Positions 1-43,321 of a stretch of 64,000 bases of DNA are shown one piece after another. Position numbers and translations under genes: made by a program. Source of the stretch: Phaeosaccion multiseriatum (lineage: Eukaryota; Protista; Ochrophyta, other classes); assembly GCA_965112735.1 (NCBI GenBank), contig OZ218958.1, positions 1,550,001 to 1,614,000 on the forward strand, given 5' to 3'. A model generated the notes under the pieces. It was not told where the DNA came from, did no database searches, and was given only the letters and a program-made list of their open reading frames with translations. Within the stretch, counting starts at the first letter, position 1. Each line of letters begins with the position of its first letter.

Positions 1-288
1 AGAAAGAGAGCGAGAGGAAGAGAGAGAGAGAAAGAGAAGAGAGAGAGAGAGAGGGAGAGAGAGAGAGCGAGAGAGAGAGCGAGGGAGAGAGAGGGAGAGA
101 GAGAGATAGAGCGGGAGAGAGAAAGAGTGAGAGAGAGAGGAAGAGAGAGAGTGAGAGAGAGAAGAAGAGAGAGAGTGAGAGAGGAAGAGAGAGAGAGTGA
201 GAGAGGAAGAGAGAGAGAGTGAGAGAGAGAGGGGGGGGGACGGAGGTAAGCAAGAGAGATTGGCCATTCTCGTTCGCTCGCTTGCTTA

Positions 289-9020
<8,732 letters not shown>

Positions 9021-9339
9021 TGAGAAAGGATTACAACGTTGAGAAGGGAAAGAGAGATCGAGGTGACACTGCCAGGAAGGAGCTCAAAATCCTCCAGGAG
9101 GTCTTGCCTAGCATGGTTCAAAGGCGCTCTTCATGAGGCAGGGCAGTGCAGAAGTGACTTGTACACTTTCCAACCTTCCGTTCTTGTTAATTCAAGGAGA
9201 TCGCGGCCTTTAATAGTGAACGAACCGGGAAGGGGGAATGGGCAGTTGAGGCGCCGTCTGCTGCCATCGGAAATCTCACAGTTTCAAGGGAATCGGGAAA
9301 AAGCGAGGGGGAGGAAGAGAGAAGTAAAAAGAAAGAGGC

Positions 9340-29754
<20,415 letters not shown>

Positions 29755-30373
29755 TGCTGATAGTGCTGATAGTGATGGTGGCCGTGGAGGCAGTGGAGGC
29801 AGTGGAGGCAGTGGAGGCAGTGGAGGCAGTGGAGGCAGTGGTGGTAGCCCTGCTCTCTGTCTTTGCCTTTGTCTTCAATGCATGGACCCGCCAAGGGCTA
29901 CCAACAAGTCAATTAAAGTTGTTTTTGGGGTGTGTGTGTGTGTGTGTTTGGGGGGGGGGGGGGGCATCAGCCCAATCTCTCTCTCTCCTTGTTCATTCCT
30001 GTTTCATTTCGTTACGTACGCTCCGCGTAAGCTTTATTATCTTCTTTTTAGATACACCAATCCTATACACTGCTGTGCCCTCCTCCGAGGGTAATCACAG
30101 ATGGCTCATCGAATCCTTACTGACTTCCTAAGACCCCTACTGACTTACTAAGACCCTTACTTAGTACTAAGTACTACTTAATGGGGCGCGGCGGGGGGCG
30201 TGCATGACCCTCTGGAACGGATGAATGAATCTCTTGGATCCACCCGGGGGGGGCCCTGAGGCCCCTGAGGTAGAGGCCCCTCACTCCGCACCGCACCTCT
30301 CACTATGAAGAAATCAGACCCCGATACATAGACAAGCCCGATACAAGCCCGTTACAAGACCGTTACAAGACCG

Positions 30374-32254
30374 TTACACCACGTCCTGCTGGCCTCCTCC
30401 TCCCCCTCCCCCTCCGCCCTTGGTCTTGTACACTGCCGCACCGACGAGCCCGACCGCTGCTACACAGCCAACTGCAATCCCGGAAATCTCCCCAGCGCTG
30501 AGGTTGTTGCTGCCGCTGCTTGAGGGCGCCGACTGCTGCCCGGCCCGTGCTGTCGATCCATCGCCATCACCAACAGCCGTACTGTCATCGACCTGCTGGG
30601 GGGCGGGTGTTGATGCCGCCGTTGTCGTGTCCTGGGGAGGCGGGGTGGGTGGGGCTGTGGTGGGGGGCGCTGTCGGAGGCGCGGTGGGCGTCGCTGTCGG
30701 AGGCGCGGTGGGAGGTGCCGTCGGAGAGGCGGTAGGCGCCACGGTAGGGGCGGCGGTTGGCGCCGGGGTGGGAGGAGCCATGGGAGCGGGGGTTGGTGGA
30801 ACGGTTGGTGCGGCAGTTGGTGGTGCGACTGGCGCTGGTGTTGGTGCGACCGTTAGGAGGGCAAGCTCCCTGATATCGACCCCCGATGGTGGTGTGAAAA
30901 CGAAGCCTGCCGTGGGAAGACCTAAAGGGTGGGGTATGGCGGGTAGGGTTGGCAGAATTTGGATGGTCGGGGGGGCGGGTAGGTAGGTAGGTAGGTAGGT
31001 AGGTAGGTAGGTAGGTAGGTAAGTAAGTAGGAAGGGAGGGAGGGAGGGAGGGAGACAGTGAGACAGAAGGCGAGAAGTGGAATGTTATGGGTGGATGGAT
31101 GGATGGATGGATGGATGGATGGATGGATGGATGGATGGATGGATGGATGGATGGATGGATGGATGGATGGATGGATGGATGGATGGATGGATGGATGGAT
31201 GGATGGATGGATGGATGGATGGATGGATGGATGGACGGATGGATGCATGGATGGACGGATGGATGGAGGCATGGATGGATGGATGGATGGGTGTGCCTGG
31301 TTGGTTTGGAAGGGCTTAAGACACACAAACTACACCCCCCACTTGCAGCAGTGGAAGGGCAAGGGTGGAAGATGGATGGATTGGATTGAACAGAATTGAA
31401 CAGATCCTTTCTTTCCATTGTACTAACTGACTTGCCCCTGCCTCTCCCTTCTGCTTACCATCCTCAAACGTAGCGTATCCTTGTAGGTTGTCCAGACAGG
31501 GTGTCACGCCGTGGCTGTCGCAGTAGTCAATGACGTGGGCCTGGATGGCGGTGAGGGCGTCGAAGTCAGTGTCCACTTCGAGGAATTGGCACAAATCACC
31601 GCCTGGGGGAGGGAGAGGGGGGGGGGAGAGCGAGGCGGTAAGGGAGAGAGAGAGACAGAGAGAGGAGGGGTGGGTGGGGGTTGGTGGGGAGGGAGAGAGA
31701 GAAGAGGAGGAGAGAGATGGAGAGAGAGAGAGATGAGAGGGCAAGGGCGAGAGAGGGAGAGGGGGAGACGGGGAGAGCGAGAGAGAGTGGGAGAGGGAAA
31801 CAGACGAAGAGAGAGGGTGGCCACAGAGGGATAGGAGCAGGGACACGGATGAGATGGGTGAGAAAGCTGGGTCAAGGCATACAATCGGAGCGAGAGGAAG
31901 GCAAGTGGGAAAGTAAGTCTCAATGGCCGGCCACTCACATGTTTCATCGGGATCAGTAAACAACCAGCAGCCTGCATAGTCGGCCAGGGCGTCGTAGGAG
32001 ACGATGGCGATGTCGGAGCCTGCGAAGTTTGGGTCCACACTCAATGAAGTACAAACGTTGATGTCCGTGTTGATGAGCATGCCGCCCTCTTCCGCCGCGG
32101 CATCAATTCCATCCATGTCGTCGAAGGTGGGAGCCGCGGTTGCGAAGGTGGGCATGGTAATACTGGGGGCAGGAGTTGGCACGGTCGCTGAGACCAGGGT
32201 CGAGAAGACCCCCACGCCGAGGAGAGAGAGGATTGCGGAACGTTGGGCCGTCAT
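30374..32254 (-). CDS. Type I membrane (surface) protein: signal peptide, Cys-containing acidic domain, Pro/Thr/Ala mucin-like stalk, TM helix, short tail
   Basis: Three exons (32254-31939, 31602-31460, 30921-30374). Signal [23 protein letters not shown]; (PTAP/PTAA)n stalk; [22 protein letters not shown] followed by KTK; ends QQDVV-stop. Confidence 0.8.
31090..31290 (+). repeat. (GGAT)n microsatellite
   Basis: Directly visible, intronic. Confidence 0.97.
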
Positions 32255-32540
32255 GGTGGCTTGAGCTTGAGGCTGCTTCTATGTGGTGGTTGCTCAGTTC
32301 TGTGGCTATGACCTTTTCTTTCAATGCTCTTGTGTGTTCTGATGGCCTTCATCTTTCCACTCTCGGCTTTATTGTCCTTGTTGCCTTCGCTCTCGGCTCT
32401 CTTGCCGGCTCGGCTCCCCCCGCGATTACTATTCCCCATTCTGCCGTTACAGCGAAAGTTGGGAGGCCCCCCAAACAGACTATACAAGTGAGCCCGTTAC
32501 ACAATCACACACAAACACAAAAACACAAAAACACAAAAAC

Positions 32541-32571
<31 letters not shown>

Positions 32572-32572
<1 letters not shown>

Positions 32573-32608
32573 ACACACACACACAACACACACAACACAC
32601 ACAGCACA

Positions 32609-32655
<47 letters not shown>

Positions 32656-32720
32656 CACACAACACACACATACACACACACACACACACACAACACACAC
32701 ACATACACACACACAACACA

Positions 32721-32753
<33 letters not shown>

Positions 32754-32776
32754 CACACACATACACACACACACAC

Positions 32777-32823
<47 letters not shown>

Positions 32824-32848
32824 CACACACACATACACACACAACACA

Positions 32849-32882
<34 letters not shown>

Positions 32883-32885
32883 ACA

Positions 32886-32919
<34 letters not shown>

Positions 32920-33045
32920 ACACACACACATACACACACACAACACACACACATACACACACACACAACACACACACACACACACAACACACACATACAC
33001 ACACACACACACACACAACACACACACAAACACACACACAACACA

Positions 33046-33088
<43 letters not shown>

Positions 33089-33090
33089 CA

Positions 33091-33124
<34 letters not shown>

Positions 33125-33152
33125 ACACACACACATACACACACACAACACA

Positions 33153-33185
<33 letters not shown>

Positions 33186-33377
33186 CACACACACACACAA
33201 CACACACACACACACACAACACACACATACACACACAACACACACACATACACACACACAACACACACACATACACACACACAACACACACACATACACA
33301 CACACACACACACACAACACACAACACACACACAACACACACATACACACACACACACACAACACACACATACACAC
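32572..33377 (+). repeat. Imperfect (CA)n tract, about 800 bp, intergenic
   Basis: Directly visible. Confidence 0.97.
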
Positions 33378-33969
33378 CGGGTGTCTCGTAATCTTTTGTG
33401 GCGCTCCCCATCTTAGATATTGCCTCCCTTTGGCTGCCATGACGCTATCTCATTCGTGAGTTTACGTAACCTTGGAAAAGGAAAGAGTTTCACGCAGTGG
33501 CGCTCCTCTGCCCGCGAGAGTGAAGCTGTTGCAGCGGTTTGCCAGTGAAGGCCTAGGGATGACTATAATAACCCAACAGCGCTCAGGTGACGAACTGACT
33601 TCCAAGAGAGGGAGGAGCTTCTCCTGGCTGAGATGAACGTGACGAACTGGGCTCTTCCACGGATGAAGAGGAGTTTCGCTTGGAGCTCCAACAGCAACAT
33701 CAACATCAGTAGGGCACGGAAGGTCGCCGTGCAGCTACTTCAGCTGTGCCTTCAGCAGCACATTTAGCCCTCCTCCCCTCTTAAAGGCCCCGCAACTCAA
33801 ACCACTCTCCCTCCTTTGTAACCAATACACGTGTACATATACAATGGTATATTGTACTTGTACACATTATTGTATGTTACATAAATTTCATAAATGTATA
33901 TAATCTGGAGAGTGATAAAGCCACTTCTCCCTCCTCCCCCTCCTCCATCCTCCCTCCTCGCCACTCCCT

Positions 33970-35044
33970 CTACGGCAGCGCTGGAGGCTTTTTCTGCGGC
34001 ACAGTCCCAACCTCAAACACGGGAGTAACCGTTTCCTTGCCCTTCTCACCAGCCGCCTCCGGACCAAGACCGCCACCACTCCCCGCCCCTTCCTTCTCCT
34101 TGCTTTTGCTCTTGGGCTTCTTGTTGCTCTTCTTACTGGACTTCCCCTTGAGGACGGAGGAGAGGGCTTCTTCATCGAAGCCCCGCTGGACGAGGTGGGC
34201 AAGCATCGCTGCCTCTCGGCAGGGCACAAAGAGGGCGTCAAGAGCACTGCAGTCCACCTTAGCGGCTCCTAACTCACGCGCCAGAGATGCTTCCGCCTGG
34301 CACTGCCCAAGCCGGCGAATCTCCTGAGCAGCACACACAGAGTGAAGGGGGGGGGGGGGTGGAGGGAGTAGGTGGTAGGTGAATGGGATGAGTGAGCGGG
34401 GGAAAGAGGGCACATCCAAGCGAGCATGCATGTCAGACCTTTGAGGTAGAGATGTAGGGGGGATTGAATGCGGCAGCGGGAGAGCGAGGTACGCTGACAG
34501 AGAGGTGCGAAAGCTCACGGAGTAAAGAGCAGGAGAAGGAGGATGTAGGTTAAGACTATTCCCAAAACGCAGGCGGCCTTCTCGCTCCAGCGCCTGCCCT
34601 GCAGCAATCACCTGGAATCGACAAAAGATGGGGAGAAGGTCTACGGTCTCCTCCTCCTCCTCCTCCTCCTCGTCCTCGTCCCCAATTGTTCTCCCGGGTT
34701 CGCTTTGGCCCTGACCCTCCCCTCCTGACCCTTCCCCCCCTTCCTTCCCCCCTATACACACACACACACCCTCAACGCACCTCTGCACATCCTAGGTTGA
34801 CCTGCAGAAGTGCCCCCTTCACATCCTTTCTGCACTGGGCCTCGTCCTTGCTGGTCACCGCCGCGGCCCCCTTCTTCCCTCCACGTGATCCAGCGACACA
34901 CAGCGCCTTCTCCATATCGCTGGACCCCAGCCAGCCCTGGAACGATCCCCCCAAAAGGAATGTGTCACTCATCCAGTAGCTGGCAACACAGGCCACCATA
35001 CAGACCGCCAACACCCCCACCTTGACATCATTCAGACCCAGCAT
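33970..35044 (-). CDS. Hypothetical protein with N-terminal hydrophobic anchor/signal, 3 exons
   Basis: MLGLNDVKVGVLAVCMVACVASYW...CAE|VIAAG...LYS|EIRRLGQC...PALP-stop; GT-AG phase-0 junctions; no family recognised. Confidence 0.6.
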
Positions 35045-35378
35045 TTTGGGTGAGGCGAAGCCCTACAGTCTCATCGAACAATATCTCCACACCCAACCTC
35101 AGCTGTCATAGTCTCGCACCCCCCTCAGCCCCCCTCTCAAGGTCGGCCTCCTTTAGCAACACAGCAGGATGGGAGACCAAGCACAGACGAATCCCGAATA
35201 ATCCACAAGTTTCTTGTTCTTCTTCGCTTCCTCATCCAGAGTCACAGATGGTTTGATGGGCTGCCACGTTTGGTTTGGCCTTGGCGCTAATACCCCTCGA
35301 GCTCCCGTACGCGAAGCCCTGAAGCACGTCGTGCCCACTTCTTCTCCCGCTTTCCTTGTAGCGCTCCCGCACGCCACG

Positions 35379-37328
35379 ATGACGAAAAGACCACAGCTGA
35401 CGGAGGAGCAGGCAGCGGCTCTTTCCAAGTTCCGAAGTGAATTCCCAGAGACGGAGGGGTGTGAGGGGCTTCGTCTCGACGACGCGGGTCTCCATCGCTT
35501 CCTGAAAGCTCGAAACTACAACGTTGCGAAGGCAAAGGCTCTACTGGATCACACTTTGGAGTGGAGGAAGACATTCCAAGGCGTGGGCGTGCTGAAAGTT
35601 AGTGTGAAGACGTGAACAGTCGCCAAGATGCTTACAACTGCTTCCTGACAGATTCTCAGGCCGTCCACACCCCCACCAACCAGCCCTTCTCACTTTGCTG
35701 CATGGGTTGTCGGATGATCTGTCGCGCTTCGGCTCAATCACTCACTCATCTCTCCCTAACTCTCATTTTCCCCTTCTTCTCCTCCCTCACTCCCTTCCTC
35801 CCTCACTCACTCATCACTCACTCACTCACTCACTCCCTCATCCACTTACCCACCCACCCACTCACTCACCCGCCCACAGGCTTTGGAGGATACCGACGTG
35901 ATCATGCACGAGAACAGCACCGGAAAGATCTACCTTCGAGGCGTGGACTTGCTCGGGAGGCCCGTCATGTACATGAGGCCCAAGGCGGAGAACACGCGTG
36001 ACCACAATGGGAACATCAAACGTAAGGGGGGGGGGGGGGGGCTTACTTCGCTGTTGGGAGGGGGGGGGGGGGATGCGGGGAACATCAAACCTCAAGGGCA
36101 TCAAGAGATACTACGTAGTAAAGACTGGGGGGAGATGGCGACATCCAAGCGTTAACTGCTCAATTACGGGGGGGGGGGGGGGCAGAGCGTGGCATTGCCA
36201 GGAAGCGGCGTTGGTTTGGCTCATGGTCGAGGGCGACGAAGACTCTCCTACCAGCAGCGACGCCCCCTCTCCACCCCTATATCCCCCCTTCCCTTCCCCT
36301 GCCTGCCTTCTGCTGGCGCCCGTCTGAATGCCCCCCTGTCCATCCCTATGCCCGCCTGCCTACCTGACTGCCTGCCTACCTGACTGCCTGCCTACCTGAC
36401 TGCCTGCCCTGCCTGACTGCCGGCCTGCCTACCTTATGTGCCTGCCTGCCCGCCTGCCGATACGCCTCTACATGCCTGCCCCTCAGACCTCGTTTATCAG
36501 ATGGAGCGTGCCCGAGAGATGCTGCAGGAGTGCAGCGAAGGGTACAGCAAGATTGCTCTCATCATCGACTACAGCGGGTGCGTGTACGTACTTTGTTGGG
36601 TGGCTGCGTGGGTGCGTGTGAGTGCTGCACATGCGTGTGCATCTTTCTTTCTTGGGTGCCTTCACTGTGCCACCACCCCAAGGCCCTCTGTCTCCCGAAT
36701 GCCCCTAGTCTCCCCTACCACTGCCACAGAGGCACCTCAATCTCTTGTCTCGCTCCTTTCAATCACTGACCAACGCGATGATGCGATCAACGCATCGATC
36801 AACACATCGATGAACGCCTCTTACGCCTTACTCGCCCCTCTCTTCGCACCTCCTCTCCCCCCCCTCTACCCTCCTCTCCTTCTCTCCTTCTCTCCTCCTC
36901 TCCTTCTCTCCTTCTCTCCTTCTCTCCTTCTCTCCTCCTCTCCTCCTCTCCTTCTCTCCTCCTCTCCTTCTCTCCTTCTCTCCTTCTCTCCTTCTCTCCT
37001 CCTCTCCTCCTCTCCTTCTCTCCTCCTCTCCTTCTCTCCTCCTCTCCTTCTCTCCTCCTCTCCTTCTCTCCTTCTCTCCTCCTCTCCTCCTCTCCTCCTC
37101 TCCTCCCCCTGTTTGCCTCGGCTCTTGTCTCCTCCTCTCCTCCTCTCCTCCCCCTGTTTGCCTCGGCTCTTGTCTCCTCAGCTACAGTCTCAAGAACGCG
37201 CCCCCCATGAACACCTCTAAGGAGACGCTCAGCATCCTTCAGAATCACTACCCGGAAACACTTGGCGTGTGCTACCTCGTCAGCCCCCCCTGGGTCTTCA
37301 ACGCCTTGTACAACGTTCTTGTGAGTTC

Positions 37329-37359
<31 letters not shown>

Positions 37360-38689
37360 CTTCTCCGTGGGGTAGGGTCGGGGAAGGAGCCGCACACACG
37401 TATATTTCTCTTTCTCTCTCTCTCTCCTCTTTCTCCCCCCCTCTCCCTTCTCTCTCTGTCTCGTGTGCTCTTCCTCTGTCCCTCACTCTCTCATCTCTCT
37501 CTCTCGCGTCTGCTTCCTCACACTTCCCCTGCTTCGACTCCAAGCGATGTTCACCCCTGCCCCCCTCCCCCGAATCCCCCCCCCCCACCCTATCCACCGC
37601 CACCCCTCCCCTCCCTGCCGCCGCCATCCTTTCCTTGTCTCCCCACGCCCCTACTTGTCTTCTAAAGAGTCCGTTCATTGACCCAGTGACAAAGTCCAAA
37701 TTCGTCTTCATCAAGGGCAGCCCCGACCAGCCGGCCCACCAGGTAATTAATTGTTGATCATTTCATCTTCTAATTAGTGGTCCACTACAGTGGTTGGTGA
37801 CCCAGTGCAGCAGTTGGTGATACACCGCCTGCCCTCTGCTCTCTGGGGGCGGCCTGCCTGCCCGCCTACACCTACGCACACACACACACAGACACACACA
37901 CACACACACACACACACACCACCACCACCACCACACACCCTTGCGCCCATCCATGAGTAAGGGGAGTCAAATCAATCAGTCAATCAGTCATTGAGTAAGG
38001 GGAGTCAAAATCACTCATTTTCAATCGATCCTTCTTCGAAGACTTAAGAGGAGAGCCTTTGGAGAGGAGAGGAGAGGAGAGGAGAGGAGAGGAGAGCAGA
38101 AGGGGCGGGTGGGTTTCGCTTTGCTGAGGATTAATCAAGAGGGCAGCAACGGCGTTGCTTAGTTTTGGTTGTGTTCACCCTTGACCATGCGAGAGCCGTT
38201 CCCGCACCTTCCCTCCCGCCCGCTTCTCGGCTCCCACCCACCCACCCACCCCCCGCACCCTCCCATTCATTCCGCCATGCTGCGTGCTTCTGCGGCTGTT
38301 TCACCCAACCCATCTACTACTACTGCTTCACTGCCAACTCGCTGGTGCTGGTGCTGCTGCTGCTGTATCACCAACTGCTGCAGCTGTCATGACCAACCAC
38401 CCAACTACTCACCAGAAGCTTCTGCCTTGTATCACCACCTGCTGTACCATCTCTCTCTACTCTACTGTACTGTACTTCACAGAAAACACTGGGCGGAAAC
38501 TTTGACCTCTCCAAACTGGAGAAGGCCGTGGGGGGGCGTAACGACTTTCCCTTCGACTCCTCTGTATACATGACGGCCCCCAGGACAATGTGCTTCGAGG
38601 CGGCAAGGGACGCCCTCATTGGTGCCACAGATGCACCTCATGGAGAGGAGCAGGGACAGGGGGGGAGGGAGGTACAGGTGCAGTCCTGA
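35379..38689 (+). CDS. CRAL-TRIO/Sec14-like lipid-transfer protein (PDR16/SFH3-like)
   Basis: Six exons. Motifs [86 protein letters not shown]. Confidence 0.92.
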
Positions 38690-39419
38690 GAAGAGTGCTG
38701 CTGCTACTCATGTGGATGGAGAACGAGAGGGGTTTTGGGGGTTCCGTTTTTGGTTCTTTTGAGTAATAAGCCTTGTGTTGCTTTGTTTTGTTATGTTTTT
38801 GTTTTCTTTTTGTTTCTTTTGCTTTTGTTTGCTCGTTTCGTGTTTTGCCCCTCAATTTTGTCCGGCCAGCAGTGCCCACACGAGGGGCGATGAAGCAAGC
38901 CCGCAAGCCGAGTGTTGCAGACTTGCGTAAAGTGTAGCTCAGTACTTTCTCATGTCCTTTCGTTTCGTGTGGGTTAGGGCATCTCATGCCTTGCTTCTCC
39001 TCTTTTTTTTTTATGTGAAGGGAATGAAGCGTACGATAGAAGAGAGTGGCAAAGCCAACAGAGACTCTATGCTCATTGTAAAGTAGTAATTCACATTTTT
39101 GCAGATTATTCCTCATTAATTAATCAAGTACGTGAAGTACTTTCTCTCTGTTGCCGTCTCTCTCTCCCTCTCTCAATCTCACTGCCCACTTACATCTTCA
39201 CACCCATAACTCAAACCAACCAACCAACCAACCAACCAACCAACCAACCAACACAGCCATTGCTTGACTGCGTGTGGTGTGGTGTGGTGTGGTGTGTGGT
39301 GAGGGGTGAGGGAAGCATAATGTGAGCTTCACAGAACACACACCCTCCCTCCCGCCCGCCCGCCCGCCCTCCTCTCCCTCCTCTCTTCCCCCTCTCTCTC
39401 TCTCAGTCTTACGTAACTC

Positions 39420-40014
39420 TTACGTATACCACTGCGTGTGATTCCTAGGGTGGTAGGCCCTCACGTGCCCGGCCTGCTGTGCCAACTTCTCCTTGTGCTG
39501 TCTCTCAAAGAGCTCCATCTGCTTGAGCTGCAAGTACTCCTCCTGCCTCTCCTTGGATATCGCGTCCTTCCTCTCCTGCAACATACATGGTTGGGGTTGG
39601 GGGGGGGGGGGTTAGGGCGGGTCTTGTCGAGATGCGAGGATTGATTCCGCGTGAAGTACAGAGAGAGAGGGCGAGAAAGAGGGCGAGAAAGAGAGAGGGG
39701 GGGGGGCGAGGAGGGGAGAGGGAAGGGGCGAGAGAGAGAGGGCAAGAGAGAGAGAGAAGAGGGAGAGAGAGAGAGGTTTCGCTTTGCGACGTGCCTATAC
39801 ATACACGATGAACAAGGAATCAGTGAATAAAGGAATGAAGGAATGGAAGAGAATGAAGGGTCACTGCCCCTGCTGAGTCTGTCCGTCTCTGAACGAGCTT
39901 GAAGCTTCTAGCTTGCTTGTTTGCTTGCTTGCCTGCATCTGGTGCTTGAGCTCCTCAGCCTCCTCCAGCAGGGCCTGCTTCCGCTTGCGTGCCGCCTCTC
40001 TCTCCGCCGCGTCC

Positions 40015-40045
<31 letters not shown>

Positions 40046-40303
40046 GTGAAAAGTTAGTGAAAAGTCAGGGAAAAGGAAAAAGAATATTACTAAGTAGAAT
40101 CATTCATTGCCATCCAGAACCATCCATTTGCATCCCACGCACCTGCTTCTCGAAGGAGATCCGATCGAAGGAGCTCTGTTCGTCGAAGTAGCGCTTGTCC
40201 TGCTCAGGGGTCACGGGGTCAGGGTTGAGGGTGAGGGTGAGGGTGAGGGTGCGGGTGAGGGAGAGGGAGAGGGAGACAGAGAAAGAGATGGGTGGGAAAA
40301 AAT

Positions 40304-40349
<46 letters not shown>

Positions 40350-40799
40350 TTCATACAGCGTTGGTGCTGCATGTCCCCACTAACCTCCTCTTCCTTGCGC
40401 CTCTTCTCGAGGAGTTGCTGCTGCCGCCCCGCGTGTACAGAGGCCATGAGGTTGGCCCGCGCCTCTGTCTGCGCTCGTTGTTGCCTGAGGAGACAGACAG
40501 AGGCATATGGGCAAACAGAGAGACAGGGACACGGGTAAGGTGTGTAGGTAGACAAGGTTCAGTGGGACAAAGTCTGCTGCACTGAAGGTGAAACTGAACC
40601 TGTGGATCCCTCTGTGGATCACCACCTCGGCTGGCTCACCTGTCTCGCTCCTCCCAGATGCGGTTCTCTGCTTCGAGCCTGATTTTGTCGTACTCGCTTT
40701 GGTCAGACATCTCCTTCACCTGCTCACACAGAGGCCGAGACCGGTGGCGATAGGAAGAGATAGAGACGAGGGGGAGAGGCAGGGGCAGAGAGAGACAGA

Positions 40800-40844
<45 letters not shown>

Positions 40845-40870
40845 CAGGCAGGGGCAGAGAGAGAGACAGA

Positions 40871-40908
<38 letters not shown>

Positions 40909-41865
40909 ACAGGCAGGGGCAGAGAGAGAGACAGAGAGGGAGAAAACGAGAACGGAGGGAGAGGCAGGGGGGGTGGGGGGTCAGTGAGGCAAGAGGTGTG
41001 GGGAGAGAGAGGCCATTGAGACAAGAGGTGTTGGGAGGTAGGAATGTCTCTCTGCTGCTCTGTCCACATGACTCTGCCTACTCTGCGTCTGCTGCTCTGC
41101 CCATATGCCTCTGTCTATATATCCATCTGTTTTGTGTGTGTGTGTGCGTGCGTGCCTCACCATTTGCTCCTGCAGGTACTCGTTGTAGGCCCCCATGGCC
41201 TCCCTCTCCCTGTCTTTCTTGGCCTTCTCCTCCGCCTCTCCCATGGCGTCCTGAGGGGGTTGGTAAAGTCAGTGAAGGGGTTGGACAGGTTAAGTGATGT
41301 TGTGCAGGAAAGGGTTGATCATGTCATGGTGAGGTGCAGTGAAGGGGCTGATCAGGGCAAGTCAAGCCCACTAAAAAACAAGAAGTGCAAGGGCAAACTG
41401 CAAGTGCAAGTGCAAGTTGAAGTGAAGTGAGGCAGAGCGAGAGGGCCGTCTGGGTCAACTGTCCTCCTCCCCTCCCCACCCACCTTGGCAAGGGCATACT
41501 TGATGAGCATGAGGTCCTGCTGCCTCTCCCTCTCCGCCTGCTCCTTCCTGAGCCTCAGCCGTCCCTCGTTGAACTGCAGCACGTTCCTCCCCTCCTCGTG
41601 CGCCTTCTCTTTGAGCTGGTGGCGCCGCAGCTCGTCCGCAGAAACCTGAGAACAGATTCAGTTCCGGTTTCAGTTTCAGTTCCAAATCGATCAAAAGACC
41701 GATACATAAAAGACCAGCACACGGACACACACACACGCGGCACACGCACACACAAGCGCACACACACACATGCAAATACACACACATATACACACATGTG
41801 GCACACACACGCGCACACACACACACGCACACACGCACACACGCACACACACGCGCACACACACA

Positions 41866-41905
<40 letters not shown>

Positions 41906-42074
41906 CACACACACACACGCACTCACAATCTTGTGCAGCTCCTCGAGCTCCTTCTTGTCGTCTTCCTGCTGCAACAAACGTGCGCGGATCTGCCGCTCGA
42001 AGTTCAGCGTCACTTGGGCATCGAGGTCCGCTCTCATGGCCTGTTAAAAGAGAGGACAGGCAGGCAGCGTAAGT

Positions 42075-42113
<39 letters not shown>

Positions 42114-43282
42114 TAGGTAGGCAGGTAGGCAGGCAGGCAGGCAGGCAGGCAGGGGGGCAGGCAGAGGCGTATGGACAGGCAGGGACGGACAGAGAGAGGA
42201 AAATGAAGCACAGACCGGGATTGAGTCAGAGGTGTCGGGAGATGGGGCTGGGTGGGCACACTTCTCACTACACTTCTTCCCTACTGTGTGCCTGCCCGCT
42301 GTCTGCTACCTGCCTGACTGTATGCCTGCCCTCCGTCCCCTCACCCAACACCTCCCTCTGTCTCACCTTGTTCTGCTCCTCCCTGAGCTTGATGGCGTCA
42401 ATCTCCCTCTGCTCGAGGAAGCGAATTCGTTCGAAGATCTTTTCCATGTAAATGTCGTCCTGCGGTGTATTGGGCATCAGGTATTGGGTATTGGCAATTG
42501 GGTATGGGGTTAATAGGTCGTGGGTATAGGTATGGAGTATAGGGTTTCCGATAGAAGAACTCCACTTTGCACTGACCTCTTTGGCCTGCTCTTTCAGCCT
42601 CTTCTCCTTCTCCATAAGCTGCTCCTTTCGTTGGTTGGCCACATACTGAGGCGGGCGGTGGGCAGAGAGATGCATATGGGTAGAGAGAGACAGAGAGAGA
42701 GGGGGACAGAGCGAGAGGAGAGAGAGAGGGGGACGGAGCGAGAGGAGAGAGAGTGAGAAAGCGAGAGAGGGAGAGCGAGCGAGAGGAAGAGAGACAGAGA
42801 GAGGGAGGGAGGGAGAGAGAGGGAGGGAGGGAGGGAGGGAGGCATATGGGCAGCGAGAGAGGCATATGGGCAGGGAGAGGTATACCGGCAGAGAGAAGCA
42901 TACGAGAAGAGGGAGAGTCAGAGGAGAGGAAAGGGTGCCACGGGAAAAGAAGCATAGAGACCAACCCAGGCTTCCTGAAGTGGTGGTCGTGCTCTCTTGC
43001 TTAGGGGGGGGGGGGGGCACCTCCTCCTCCTCCTCCTGCTCCTCTTCCTCACGAAAGACTTGCTCACCATCAAGTTGGCGTTAGTGTCGAGCGTCCGTGC
43101 GTCGTCACAGGCGTCTCTCCACTGTCTGTCGTAGCACTGTTGCACGAACTGCGCTCTCTCTTTCTCGCGAACGTCTCTCAGCGCGATGGCCCTCGCACGG
43201 ATCCTTTCCTTCCTCTCGTCGATGGTTTCCACGTTGCTCAGCACCTTTTTCAGACACACACATACACACACACGCACACACA

Positions 43283-43321
<39 letters not shown>

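Noticed and set aside
33555-33600. C/D-box snoRNA-like GGATGA…CTGA with repeated GTGACGAACTG
   Set aside because: Box C is imperfect, with no terminal stem or recognisable rRNA guide
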